Shown: piece after piece, positions 9,828 to 19,337 of the stretch
Position numbering within the stretch: position 1 is the first letter of the stretch
Layout: every line of letters starts with the position of its first letter
Assembly (NCBI GenBank): GCA_900319025.1
Contig: ONMT01000001.1
Location: 8,462 to 72,461, forward strand
From: an uncultured Bacteroidales bacterium
GTDB lineage: Bacteria > Bacteroidota > Bacteroidia > Bacteroidales > Paludibacteraceae
DNA length: 64,000 bases
Direction of reading: 5' to 3'
The notes under the pieces: generated by a model
The model's database searches: none
What the model saw: the letters and a program-made list of their open reading frames with translations, nothing else
What the model was told of the DNA's origin: nothing
Made by a program: the position numbers and the translations under genes

Positions 9828-9917
9828 CTACTTATGCTTATGACGATTCTTACGTAAACGTTTTTTACGTTTGTGCGTTGACATCTTATGTCTCTTATGT
9901 TTCTTTCCGTTTGGCAT
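9828..9917 (-). CDS. 30S ribosomal protein bTHX (29 aa)
   Basis: Below the ORF-track size cutoff. Manual translation gives MPNGKKHKRHKMSTHKRKKRLRKNRHKHK*, the highly basic peptide typical of Bacteroidetes THX. Confidence 0.75.
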   Translation of the reverse strand: MPNGKKHKRHKMSTHKRKKRLRKNRHKHK

Positions 9918-9949
9918 AAAACAATAAGTTTATATATTAATATTCTACG

Positions 9950-10225
9950 TTATTTCTTAAGTGCGAGAGTGAACTCGGGAGATGCTTTGAACGATACCAC
10001 CTTATGAGCAGGCACAAGGACAGAAGTGTTCTTAGAGATGTTACGAGCCAATTTTTCAGCGCGTACTTTGTTATTAAATGTTCCGAACCCACGCAAGAAA
10101 ACCGGTTCATCATTAGCAACAGATTTTTTAATGTTGCTCATAGCCGCATCAACGATAGCTTGGATAGTTGCCTTATCAACACCCGTCTGCATAGCTATTT
10201 CATTAACGAGATTTGCTTTTGTCAT
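9950..10225 (-). CDS. hup: HU-family DNA-binding protein
   Basis: 91 aa. MTKANLVNEIA...FLRGFGTF...RNISKNTSVLVPAHKVVSFK is the classic HU/IHF fold pattern. Confidence 0.9.
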   Translation of the reverse strand: MTKANLVNEIAMQTGVDKATIQAIVDAAMSNIKKSVANDEPVFLRGFGTFNNKVRAEKLARNISKNTSVLVPAHKVVSFKASPEFTLALKK

Positions 10226-10272
10226 ACTTATATGATTTTTAATTTATTTCTAAAAAACGCGAAAATCGGCTG

Positions 10273-10280
10273 CAAAATTA
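10273..10280 (-). promoter_or_regulatory. -7 box (TAATTTTG, minus strand) for HU
   Basis: ggctgcaaaatta on the + strand is the mirror image of the mutY promoter about 70 nt away. Confidence 0.55.
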
Positions 10281-10343
10281 GTATAATTTTTTGATATACA
10301 AAAGTTTTTGGCAAAAAAAATTCGTTTTTTCCTATTTTTTTTG

Positions 10344-10351
10344 TAATTTTG
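10344..10351 (+). promoter_or_regulatory. -7 box TAATTTTG for mutY
   Basis: tgTAATTTTGcagcc, 22 nt upstream of the ATG at 10374. Confidence 0.6.
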
Positions 10352-10373
10352 CAGCCTGAATTGAACAATTAAC

Positions 10374-11378
10374 ATGAAAAAGAGCGAACTTCTTAATTAT
10401 CAACTCTATACATGGTATGAACATAATAAACGAATATTACCATGGCGTGAGACGGACGATGCATACTCTATATGGGTATCCGAAATAATTTTACAGCAGA
10501 CTCGTGTGGAACAAGGTTTGCCATATTATATGCGATTTATTGAGCGTTTCCCAACACTCGTTTCGCTTGCTCAAGCAAAGGAAGACGAAGTGCTGCGTTA
10601 TTGGCAAGGTTTGGGTTATTACTCACGCGCGCGAAATATTTATAAGGCAGCTAGACAATTGATTGATAATCATTACTCATCTTTCCCTTCCACATTTGAA
10701 GAGATTCGTTCCTTGCCGGGAATAGGTGATTACACGGCTGGTGCGATAGCAGCTTTTGCTTATAACTTACCCTACCCTGCACTAGACGGAAATGTTTATC
10801 GAGTATTAGCGCGACTGACAGACTGTGAAATACCGTTTGACACTTCCGCAGGAAAAAGCCATTTTCACCGAGTTGCAGAAGAGTTATTAGATCGTTCTCA
10901 CCCGCGTTTATTTGACTCCGCGCTGATGGAGTTTGGTGCCTTATTCTGCGTTCCCATCTCACCTGATTGTACTGCTTGCCCGCTGCAAATATTCTGTGAT
11001 GCGTACGCGCACAATACAGTATCATTATTGCCCGTACGTAAGCCAAGACCGAAGATTCGTGACCGATACTTCAACTATACCATTTATATCACACCAGATA
11101 GAAAGACACTTGTACATCAGCGTCAAGCAAAAGATATTTGGCATCATTTATGGGAGTTTCCACTTGAGGAAACGGAGCAACTACTTCCTGTTACTGACTC
11201 ACCCTATATAGATTTTACTCACCAATTATCTCACCAACGTTTGCACGCACGTTTTGTAGTCCGAAAAACAAATAACTTGCCTATCATTAATGACACACAA
11301 GTTATTGATTTAGCTGATTTAGATGATTATGCTCTATCGCGTTTGACTCTCAAAGCGCTTGCGCACTTTGGCATCTAA
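10374..11378 (+). CDS. mutY: A/G-specific adenine DNA glycosylase
   Basis: PWRETDDAYSIWVSEIILQQTRV and GLGYYSRARN match the HhH-GPD region. A 4-Cys cluster CVPISPDCTACPLQIFC is present, followed by a C-terminal NUDIX-like domain. Confidence 0.9.
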   Translation: MKKSELLNYQLYTWYEHNKRILPWRETDDAYSIWVSEIILQQTRVEQGLPYYMRFIERFPTLVSLAQAKEDEVLRYWQGLGYYSRARNIYKAARQLIDNHYSSFPSTFEEIRSLPGIGDYTAGAIAAFAYNLPYPALDGNVYRVLARLTDCEIPFDTSAGKSHFHRVAEELLDRSHPRLFDSALMEFGALFCVPISPDCTACPLQIFCDAYAHNTVSLLPVRKPRPKIRDRYFNYTIYITPDRKTLVHQRQAKDIWHHLWEFPLEETEQLLPVTDSPYIDFTHQLSHQRLHARFVVRKTNNLPIINDTQVIDLADLDDYALSRLTLKALAHFGI

Positions 11379-12116
11379 TCACCGTTTATTATACTCCAAT
11401 ATCTGATTAAGACCAATAAGCACAAGGTGCTTCTCTAATTGGAATGCCATATTCCGGCAGTTATTCGCAATATAGGGGGCATTACCTCCAGTCAAAATAA
11501 CTGTGAGTTGGTTAATCTGCGCGTTTAGTGAACGTACGTATCCTTTCACCTCATAAACTATACCGCGCACGACTCCGGCAGCTATAGCATCGCGTGTGGT
11601 CTTTCCGAAGAGCGGTATCAACTCGTTCTCATCCACATCGACCAAAGGCAGTTTCTTGGTCATGCGGTTTAACATCGTGAGACGCATTTTTATTCCGGGT
11701 GCTATATTTCCTCCTACGAATTCATTTTCATCAGATACGAAATCGTATGTGATAGCAGAACCCGCGTCTATAATCAGGATATTTTGTTTGGGGCAGAGGA
11801 AAGCCGCTCCAACAGCCGCAGCAAGACGATCTTGACCTAATGTCTCAGGAGATGAATAGCCATTACGAACAGGCACCGGCGTAAAGTGGTCAAAGAGTAC
11901 AAAGTGCTTTGACAAGCGATTGAGCGCATTGACAACCGCCGGTTCGATGTTCACCACCGAAGAAATGATACTATCCGTAATGGGATAGAGATCAAACAGC
12001 CGCTCTATATCCGAAGCAGCGAAGGACTTATAGATAAAGCTCTTCACGATGCGCCCCTGATCGTTAAATAGAGCGACCTTGGTGCGCGAGTTGCCTTGGT
12101 CAATAGTTAGGTTCAA
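11379..12116 (-). CDS. coaX: Type III pantothenate kinase
   Basis: MNLTIDQGNSRTKVALF and IIDAGSAITYD are CoaX motifs. Confidence 0.88.
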   Translation of the reverse strand: MNLTIDQGNSRTKVALFNDQGRIVKSFIYKSFAASDIERLFDLYPITDSIISSVVNIEPAVVNALNRLSKHFVLFDHFTPVPVRNGYSSPETLGQDRLAAAVGAAFLCPKQNILIIDAGSAITYDFVSDENEFVGGNIAPGIKMRLTMLNRMTKKLPLVDVDENELIPLFGKTTRDAIAAGVVRGIVYEVKGYVRSLNAQINQLTVILTGGNAPYIANNCRNMAFQLEKHLVLIGLNQILEYNKR

Positions 12117-12136
12117 TAAACAATAAATTATGAATA

Positions 12137-13810
12137 TTATGACTCCTCAAGCGAGGTGTATAGGAAACGTTTAATTGATTTCTTTGGCGTTTTCTCGAAC
12201 TCGTGCGGGAAGAGCTTGATTTTGTTTATCTGTTCGTAGGCAGCAATCTGTGCATTGAGGTCACGACGGTTCTTTTCCATAGCTTCGTCCAATGCCTCAT
12301 GATCAAGACCAACGGCATCAACTGCGTCGTAATCCGGGCAGACGAGGGCTACGAGTGAACTATCTTTCTGCTGAATAACAAGTGACTCAAGCACGTAAGG
12401 CATGTTATTGAGTTTAGTCTCAATCTCTTCCGGATAAATATTCTGACCATTAGCGCCTAAGAGCATGGACTTATTACGTCCTTTGATAAAGAGGAATCCA
12501 TCCTTATCGATATATCCCAAATCACCCGTTTTGAGCCATCCGTCTTGGGTGAAAGTATCTGCGGTAGCTTGGGCATTGCGGTAATAGCCATACATGAGGT
12601 TTTCGCCTCGTACTTGAATCTCCCCAATACCTTCCTCATTAGGACTATCAATTCGCATCTCCATGTATCCTTCCAAAATCTTACCACAAGAATACGTCCT
12701 TACATCCGGATAGAAGGAAACGGTAATCAGCGGAGCGCACTCTGTCATACCATATCCCACTGTCAATGGAAACTTAATACGACGGAAGAATGCCTCTACT
12801 TCGGAGTTCAGGGGTGCACCACCAAGGATAAGTTGTTTGAACTCACCACCAAAAGCATTAATGAGTTGTTGACGAATCTTACCAAGCACTACCTCATCGA
12901 GGAAAGGCACTTTCATCACCCAACTTACAGGCGGTTTTGCTATTTGTGGAGCAATCTGTTTCTTATAAATTTTCTCAACAATCAGCGGCACGGACACAAT
13001 TGCAGTCGGTTTGACTTCTGCAAAAGCCTGTAACAGCAGTTTCGGTGAAGGAGTACGACCAATGAAATACGTATGCCCTCCGTGTGCCAAAGAGCCGAGG
13101 AAGTCCACAATACAACCATAAGCGTGAGCTAATGGCAAGAACGCCACATGACGACAACCCGGATACTGATAACCTGACTCGCCAAAGAACTTCACCTGTG
13201 CAGCTAAAGCGTTACACGGCGTGATAACACCCTTTGAGAAACCTGTTGTACCGGAAGTATAGTTGATGGAAGCCACTTCACCGTTGTCACGTTCGTCATA
13301 GACGATATCCTCTTTGGTAAAGCCATTGGGATACTGTTTGAGGAAGAGGTCTTCCACATCGCCCCAAGTGAATTCTTTGTGGGTACGCGCAAGGAGTTTG
13401 AAGTTAGCCAACGAGTAAACAGCTTTCACCTCCTCAAGCTGGTCCAAATCCATTCCTTCCCAAATTAAGTCTGAGACAAACAACAACTTGGCACCGGAGT
13501 GGTTAATAATATGTTGTGCATCGTTCGCTTTGAAGTCCTGCAGAATGGGCACAATAATACCTCCATACGTTACCGTAGCGAGATAAACTGCAACCCAGTT
13601 GCAGTTATTCTTACCCATCACAGCAATTTTTTCGTCTTTCTTGATTTTATACTGCTTAAACAGTATATGCAGACGAGCAATCAAAGCAGCCAATTGACTA
13701 TACGTTAGTGTGTTAGTGGTACCATAGTCAGTAATCGCCTCTCTATCCCAGTTATTGCGGAAAGAGTTTTGGTACATTTTTACAAAATTGTCTTGTTCAG
13801 ATGTCAACAT
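12137..13810 (-). CDS. AMP-dependent long-chain acyl-CoA synthetase (paralog 1)
   Basis: AMP-binding motifs YTSGTTGFSKGV and GYGMTE, plus GWLKTGDLGYIDKDGFLFIKGR. Confidence 0.85.
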   Translation of the reverse strand: MLTSEQDNFVKMYQNSFRNNWDREAITDYGTTNTLTYSQLAALIARLHILFKQYKIKKDEKIAVMGKNNCNWVAVYLATVTYGGIIVPILQDFKANDAQHIINHSGAKLLFVSDLIWEGMDLDQLEEVKAVYSLANFKLLARTHKEFTWGDVEDLFLKQYPNGFTKEDIVYDERDNGEVASINYTSGTTGFSKGVITPCNALAAQVKFFGESGYQYPGCRHVAFLPLAHAYGCIVDFLGSLAHGGHTYFIGRTPSPKLLLQAFAEVKPTAIVSVPLIVEKIYKKQIAPQIAKPPVSWVMKVPFLDEVVLGKIRQQLINAFGGEFKQLILGGAPLNSEVEAFFRRIKFPLTVGYGMTECAPLITVSFYPDVRTYSCGKILEGYMEMRIDSPNEEGIGEIQVRGENLMYGYYRNAQATADTFTQDGWLKTGDLGYIDKDGFLFIKGRNKSMLLGANGQNIYPEEIETKLNNMPYVLESLVIQQKDSSLVALVCPDYDAVDAVGLDHEALDEAMEKNRRDLNAQIAAYEQINKIKLFPHEFEKTPKKSIKRFLYTSLEES

Positions 13811-13847
13811 AGTATTTTCAGTTTTCGGGTGTCGTTAATCAGCTTTA

Positions 13848-15509
13848 TTAGCGAGTATAGAGATAACGCTTAATTGATTTCTTTGGCGTTTTCTCGAACT
13901 CGTGCGGATAGACTTCAATTTTAGCGACTTGCTCATAAGCTGCAATCTGTGCATTGAGGTTGCGTCGATTGGTTTCCATAGCTGCTTCAACCATTTCTTG
14001 AGTAAGATGGTCAGCATCAACAGCAGTAAAGTCAGGGCACACAAGCGCTACTATCTGACCGTCACGTTGAATAACGATAGACTCCATCACGTACGGCATG
14101 TTATTAAGAATAGATTCTATCTCTTCTGGGAAGATATTTTGTCCCGACGGGCCAAGAATCATGTTCTTGTCACGTCCTTTAATATAAATAAGTCCATCTT
14201 CATCGATATAACCAAGGTCGCCGGTTTTGAGCCAGCCGTCTTTGGTAAAGATCAAACGTGTAGCCTCTTCGTTCTTATAATATCCCTCCATGAGATGTTC
14301 ACCACGTACTTGCAGCTCGCCAATACCTTGTTCGTTCTTATTAGCTACGCGTGCTTCCATCAGTCCATCGAGAGCATATCCGCAACTCTGCAGCTTATAG
14401 TCTTTCCAGTTTACATAAGAAATCAGCGGAGCGCACTCTGTCATACCATATCCCACTGTATATGGGAAGCGGATACGTTTGAGGAAAGCATCCACTTCGT
14501 TATTAAGTGGAGCACCACCGATAATCACTTGATCTACACAACCGCCAAAGGCATCAAGTAAAGCTTGGCGCAGTTTAGAGAGCACTACTTCGTCCAAGAA
14601 CGGCACTCTCATAACCCAGCTTACAGGCGGTTTGGATATTTGCGGAACAATCTTGTTTTTGTATATCTTTTCCAAAATTAGCGGCACAGTCAGCACGCAG
14701 GTTGGTTTCACTTCAGCGAAGGCTTGCAGCAGCACTTTCGGTGATGGCGTCTTGCCCATGAGCCAAGAGTGACCGCCGGCGCAGAAGTTACTCAGGAAGT
14801 CAAATGCGCAACCAAACGAGTGTGCAAGCGGAAGGAATACTACATGACGACCACCCTTGTAGGTGACATGTGCATCGCAGCAGAACTTCACATTGCCTGC
14901 CAAAGCGTTGAGCGAGAGAATAACTCCCTTGGAGAAACCAGTTGTTCCGGACGTATAAACAAAAGAAGCAATGTCCTTATTCGTCTTGCCGGTATATTTT
15001 ATTTCGTCTTGTTTGAGTCCTTTAGGATGTAGACGTTTGAACTCCTCAAGTACAGCGCTAACCGTAATCTTATTGTGGTCAATAGTACCTACGGAAGCGA
15101 GTGGTTCATAGTCATTGAGTGAGAATACCACCTGTACTTGTTCCATCTGACTGATATCCATGTTTTCGTACAAGGAGTCAGCGATAAAGAGCAGTTTAGA
15201 CTCGGAGTGGTTAATGATATGTATCGCATCATTAGCACGAAAGTCTTGCAGAATAGGAACAATAATAGCTCCATACGTTACCGCGGCGAGGTAAGTTGTT
15301 ACCCAGCTGCTGGTGTTTTTCCCCATAAGGGAAATTCTGTCATTTTTTTCAATACCACAGGTATGGAAAAGGATATGTAACTTTTCAATTTGGGTAGCCA
15401 CATCTGCATAGGTCATGGAATTGGTCGTTCCATAATCAGTAAACGCAACGTCGTTCCAGTTGTCCAGAATCGCGTTGTGTAACGTTTCAATAAAATTCTC
15501 TTTAATCAT
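13848..15509 (-). CDS. AMP-dependent long-chain acyl-CoA synthetase (paralog 2)
   Basis: Same motifs as paralog 1 (YTSGTTGFSKGV, GYGMTE, GWLKTGDLGYIDEDGLIYIKGR). It is collinear with the neighbouring paralog. Confidence 0.85.
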   Translation of the reverse strand: MIKENFIETLHNAILDNWNDVAFTDYGTTNSMTYADVATQIEKLHILFHTCGIEKNDRISLMGKNTSSWVTTYLAAVTYGAIIVPILQDFRANDAIHIINHSESKLLFIADSLYENMDISQMEQVQVVFSLNDYEPLASVGTIDHNKITVSAVLEEFKRLHPKGLKQDEIKYTGKTNKDIASFVYTSGTTGFSKGVILSLNALAGNVKFCCDAHVTYKGGRHVVFLPLAHSFGCAFDFLSNFCAGGHSWLMGKTPSPKVLLQAFAEVKPTCVLTVPLILEKIYKNKIVPQISKPPVSWVMRVPFLDEVVLSKLRQALLDAFGGCVDQVIIGGAPLNNEVDAFLKRIRFPYTVGYGMTECAPLISYVNWKDYKLQSCGYALDGLMEARVANKNEQGIGELQVRGEHLMEGYYKNEEATRLIFTKDGWLKTGDLGYIDEDGLIYIKGRDKNMILGPSGQNIFPEEIESILNNMPYVMESIVIQRDGQIVALVCPDFTAVDADHLTQEMVEAAMETNRRNLNAQIAAYEQVAKIEVYPHEFEKTPKKSIKRYLYTR

Positions 15510-15934
15510 TTTTCTACGGGTATATCAAGTAACTTATCTTCTGTAACGGGTTGCACGTTCTCCGAAGACACAATCTTATCAACAATAAATTGGCTGTTTC
15601 CGCGCCAAGGCAAAGTACCAAGGTAACGTTTCCAATGCAGTTTAATTTGGCGTCCGGAACGGTCGTCTATTTCTGCTGCCACTTTGTCATCAGCTACCGA
15701 GAACTTAAACTCATTCGATTGAATGGTAGCGTTAGAGTTCTTGGAGTTATAACCGGTCTGAATCATTTTTCCCTCATAAGTCTTAAAAATAAATCCCTCT
15801 TTCTGGAAATAGTTGATGTCACCTTCGTTAATACCTTCGCTATACACGAAGCAGAACTTAATGTAAATGAATGCCGCCAAAGCGAGCAAGATAATTGCGG
15901 TTGTCCAACCGATAATTTTTCCTTTTGTAGCCAT
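15506..15934 (-). CDS. Hypothetical membrane-anchored protein (single N-terminal TM)
   Basis: 142-aa ORF with a TM segment (IIGWTTAIILLALAAFIYI). It has a 4-nt overlap with the downstream acyl-CoA synthetase and its own -7 box upstream. Confidence 0.6.
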   Translation of the reverse strand: MATKGKIIGWTTAIILLALAAFIYIKFCFVYSEGINEGDINYFQKEGFIFKTYEGKMIQTGYNSKNSNATIQSNEFKFSVADDKVAAEIDDRSGRQIKLHWKRYLGTLPWRGNSQFIVDKIVSSENVQPVTEDKLLDIPVEK

Positions 15935-15953
15935 AATTATTCAAATTAGCGTG

Positions 15954-15961
15954 CAAAGATA
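15954..15961 (-). promoter_or_regulatory. -7 box (TATCTTTG on minus strand) for the 15934 gene / acyl-CoA synthetase unit
   Basis: gtgcaaagata on the + strand, 20 nt upstream of the start at 15934. Confidence 0.55.
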
Positions 15962-15972
15962 CGGTATTTTTT

Positions 15973-17223
15973 TTAATCCTGCAAATATTTTATCAATTTT
16001 GTTAGCACTTTTGCCGTTGCACGGTCAGTTATTTGCTCTCTTTCACCTTTTAGGTGTAGTAATTCGGTGTAAACATGTTCCGGTGTAGCGACAGCAATCC
16101 AAACTGTTCCGACAGGTTTCTCCGTTGTTCCGCCACTGGGTCCAGCCACTCCGGAAGTCGCAAGTGCATAGTCGGTATGGAGCAGATTTTTCACTCCGCA
16201 TGCCATTTGTGCTACGACTTGTTCGCTCACAGCGCCAAATTGGTCTAAATCTTCTCGATTGACATTGAGCACATGTTGTTTGACATCGTTTGAGTACGCG
16301 ATGACGCTGCCCATATAAAATGCAGAACTTCCTGCGTGTTTATTGAGTAGTACTGCCAATTTGCCACCGGTACATGACTCGGCAGTGGCAATAGTGGCGT
16401 GCTTTGCTTTCAGCAGTTCGCCGACTATCACTTCAAGCGGTTTATCTTCCTCAGCGATAAGCCATTGCGCCACAAGAGACTGGAGTTGGGATATTTGTTC
16501 GTCCATCTGCAGCGAGGCAGAAGCATCGTTCTTGTCGAAGTAGCCGCTTAAGCGAAGACGAATGATTCCGTTCTTAGGCAGATAGGCAAGATGCATCGTA
16601 TTCGGAAGTGCATTTTCCCAGTTCTCTATATGTATCGCAAGCGCAGACTCTGGAATTCCTTCCACTTGTATAGTTCGGTGAATGATAGTGGATAGTTTAT
16701 TGCTAAGCGATGATTGTTCCAAGAACGGAATAACCTGTTCTGAGATAGCTATTTCCATCTCGCGCGGGACACCGGGTAAGGAGAAGAGTAGTTTACCATT
16801 TTTCTCAAACACCATTAATGGCGCAGAGCCTATTCTATTAGGCAGAACCGTGCAGTTATTCGGCACAAGCCACTGCGTCTCAGTAAGTCGATTGAGAACA
16901 TCGGGTCGATCTTTGTAGAGTTGGCGGACATGGCTTTCCACCTCTTGAGACGGCACTAATTGTCCGCCGAAGTAATCGCATAGGACGTGTTTGGTGATAT
17001 CGTCCTTTGTTGGACCTAATCCACCTGTTGTAATCACGATGTCAACTCTCGCCAGCGTCTCGGATACCGCTCGGCGGATGTGATCAGCATCATCGTGAAC
17101 GGAAGTGACTTGGTAGATTTCTATTCCTAACTTATTCAGCTCCTGCGCGATAAATGCAGAGTTGGTATCAACAACCTGTCCGATAAGTAATTCGTCTCCT
17201 ATAGTAATTATTTCTGCTCGCAT
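15973..17223 (-). CDS. cinA: CinA-family competence/damage-inducible protein (NMN deamidase-type)
   Basis: MRAEIITIGDELLIGQVVDTNS and GGLGPTKDDITK are present, followed by a C-terminal PncC-like domain. The start could also be 4 codons upstream at 17235. Confidence 0.88.
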   Translation of the reverse strand: MRAEIITIGDELLIGQVVDTNSAFIAQELNKLGIEIYQVTSVHDDADHIRRAVSETLARVDIVITTGGLGPTKDDITKHVLCDYFGGQLVPSQEVESHVRQLYKDRPDVLNRLTETQWLVPNNCTVLPNRIGSAPLMVFEKNGKLLFSLPGVPREMEIAISEQVIPFLEQSSLSNKLSTIIHRTIQVEGIPESALAIHIENWENALPNTMHLAYLPKNGIIRLRLSGYFDKNDASASLQMDEQISQLQSLVAQWLIAEEDKPLEVIVGELLKAKHATIATAESCTGGKLAVLLNKHAGSSAFYMGSVIAYSNDVKQHVLNVNREDLDQFGAVSEQVVAQMACGVKNLLHTDYALATSGVAGPSGGTTEKPVGTVWIAVATPEHVYTELLHLKGEREQITDRATAKVLTKLIKYLQD

Positions 17224-17792
17224 TGTTTTTTCCATTCATTAGCAGTTAGTTCCAGTTCGTCGAACCAAGCGTGTCCAAAGCGTCTGATAAGCGGTTCGCG
17301 CAGGAACTGATATAAAGGTGTATGTAGTTTTTTTCCGAGTTGTCGGGCACAATGGCAAATATCCCATCGGTGATATTCAACGCCGATATAGTCACCAACT
17401 TTGGTGAGTCGAATGGGATAAAGATGGCACGAGATAGGTTTCTTGAAGTTAATCTTGCCGGCGTTATATGCTTTTTCGATAAGGCAGTAGCACCAGCCGT
17501 TATGGTCCGTACGCGCAAAGACACAGTCTTTGTCATTGACAATAGACGTTACGCGTTCGCCGGAAGGGTCGAGATAGGAAATACCTTGTTTAGCAACAAT
17601 CTCCCGCGCTTCTTTAGTCATATCCGGAAGCAGTTGCGGCAAAATCTGCTCCACTTCCTTTACTTCCTCATCGGAGATAGGAGCGCCCGCATCCCCCTCA
17701 ATACAGCAACAGCCGCAGCATTTATTCAGGTCGCAACAGAACTCCTTCTCGATTACGTCCAAACTAACTAATGTGTTCTGAATCAGAAACAT
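17208..17792 (-). CDS. Cys-rich DUF3109-like protein
   Basis: 194 aa with a CCDLNKCCGCCCIEGD cluster. The family name is recalled from Bacteroides annotations and is not verified. Confidence 0.55.
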   Translation of the reverse strand: MFLIQNTLVSLDVIEKEFCCDLNKCCGCCCIEGDAGAPISDEEVKEVEQILPQLLPDMTKEAREIVAKQGISYLDPSGERVTSIVNDKDCVFARTDHNGWCYCLIEKAYNAGKINFKKPISCHLYPIRLTKVGDYIGVEYHRWDICHCARQLGKKLHTPLYQFLREPLIRRFGHAWFDELELTANEWKKQCEQK

Positions 17793-18349
17793 ACGCCCTC
17801 AATAAATATCTTTATTCCTATCGCCACGAGAATGACTCCACCGACCAGTTCGGCAGGAATATGCATAATCTTTTTCAGTTGCCGGGCAAGGAAGTAGCCA
17901 ACGAGCGAGAGCGCAAAGCTAACGAAAGCTATAATAGCAATGCTAATCCATAGTTTCTCCGGATAAGGGATAAATACTACCCCAGTCGCTAAAGCATCAA
18001 TAGACGTTGCAACTGCCATCATCAACAGATAAGGTATTGTCCAGTTGGCGTCATGTTTCTGCTCTTTCTTCTCGAAACTCTCAATAATCATCTTACCACC
18101 AATAAACGCCAAGAGGACAAGTGCTATCCACGGCGCGTAGCGGTCAAAAAAGTCCACGAAGAGTCTCCCTCCGAAATAGCCGATAAGCGGCATTACTCCC
18201 TGAAAGAGTCCGAAGAGGATAGCCATGATTATGGCTCCCCCATCGCGCTTTTTATCTCCGGGCTTTGCGTTTAAGCCTTGCGCGATACTGACAACAAAGC
18301 AGTCCATCGCGAGTCCGATAGCAATCAATATAATGGTAATTAAATCCAC
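17783..18349 (-). CDS. mntP: Manganese efflux pump MntP
   Basis: 188 aa, six TM segments. The N-terminal IAIGLAMDCFVVSIAQG motif repeats in the second half as ATSIDALATG. Confidence 0.82.
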   Translation of the reverse strand: MDLITIILIAIGLAMDCFVVSIAQGLNAKPGDKKRDGGAIIMAILFGLFQGVMPLIGYFGGRLFVDFFDRYAPWIALVLLAFIGGKMIIESFEKKEQKHDANWTIPYLLMMAVATSIDALATGVVFIPYPEKLWISIAIIAFVSFALSLVGYFLARQLKKIMHIPAELVGGVILVAIGIKIFIEGVCF

Positions 18350-18352
18350 CGA

Positions 18353-18901
18353 CTATCCTTTATACTTATATCTTGCACCGGTTTTACCTTTGGCGATGTT
18401 GGTCAGTTTGCCCTTAACAAACTGTTTGCGGATGGGTGATATACGGTCAGTAAAGACGTGGGCTTCAAGGTGGTCGTATTCGTGTTGTACGATACGCGCT
18501 TTGAAGTCGGTAAAGGTCTCTTCATGCCAATTAAAGTCGGCATCTTGATAGCGTATTGTGATTGTCTTCGGGCGAATCACATTCTCCGAGATTCCGGGCA
18601 AAGAGAGACAGCCCTCACTATAAGTCGCCGTTTCGTCGGAAGTTGCAATTATCTCAGGATTGATAAATACTTGCTTAAAGTCCACGCACTCCGGATAGTC
18701 TTCGCCTAATTCGGTGCCATCAACAATGAAGAGTCGGATAGACTTGCCCACTTGTGGCGCAGCAAGTCCACAACCTTCCGCAGCAGTTAAGGTCTCTTGC
18801 ATGTCGGCTACGAGTTGCTTCACGTCTATCTCGCCGGGTTCAATCTCCTCTGTCGGTTTGCGCAGAACGGGTTGTCCATACAAATAAATTGGTAGTATCA
18901 T
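18353..18901 (-). CDS. def: Peptide deformylase
   Basis: GCGLAAPQVG, EGCLSLPG and HEYDHLEA are the three Def motifs. I trimmed the start to MILPIYLYGQPVLRK, which gives an ATGA overlap with the ruvX stop. Confidence 0.92.
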   Translation of the reverse strand: MILPIYLYGQPVLRKPTEEIEPGEIDVKQLVADMQETLTAAEGCGLAAPQVGKSIRLFIVDGTELGEDYPECVDFKQVFINPEIIATSDETATYSEGCLSLPGISENVIRPKTITIRYQDADFNWHEETFTDFKARIVQHEYDHLEAHVFTDRISPIRKQFVKGKLTNIAKGKTGARYKYKG

Positions 18902-19311
18902 AGCGTTGATAAATAATCTTCCAAGATTATGCAAGCAGCAAGTTTATCCACTACGGCTTTGTCGCGACGGTCTTTTTTCTTCATACCACCGGCAATCATA
19001 GCCTGGTGTGCGATAGTAGAAGTAAATCGCTCGTCGTACTCAACCAGTGGAATTGCAGGAAATTGTTTTCTAAACCAGCCAATAAATGGTCGTATGTACC
19101 GCATAGAGTCACTCTCCTCGCCGTTGAGTTGGATAGGATGACCTATGACAACAGTATCTATCTCCCCTTTCGCGAGTTCGGTTTTGAGCCAGTCTTGTAG
19201 CAATCGCGTCTCGATAGTAAGCAACGGATTAGCCGTTATGCGGAGCACATCCGTAACGGCTAATCCAGTACGTTTCTGACCATAGTCGATTGCGAGAATT
19301 CGCATAATCAA
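18898..19311 (-). CDS. ruvX: Holliday-junction resolvase-like nuclease RuvX/YqgF
   Basis: MRILAIDYGQKRTGLAVTD and the DERFTS motif. Confidence 0.88.
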   Translation of the reverse strand: MIMRILAIDYGQKRTGLAVTDVLRITANPLLTIETRLLQDWLKTELAKGEIDTVVIGHPIQLNGEESDSMRYIRPFIGWFRKQFPAIPLVEYDERFTSTIAHQAMIAGGMKKKDRRDKAVVDKLAACIILEDYLSTL

Positions 19312-19337
19312 TAGGTATCAGTAGTCCGTTTCAATAA

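Noticed and set aside
18350-18352. Expected yybP-ykoY Mn2+ riboswitch upstream of mntP
   Set aside because: mntP starts 3 nt after the def stop, so there is no room for a leader. Here mntP appears to be translationally coupled within the ruvX-def-mntP unit.
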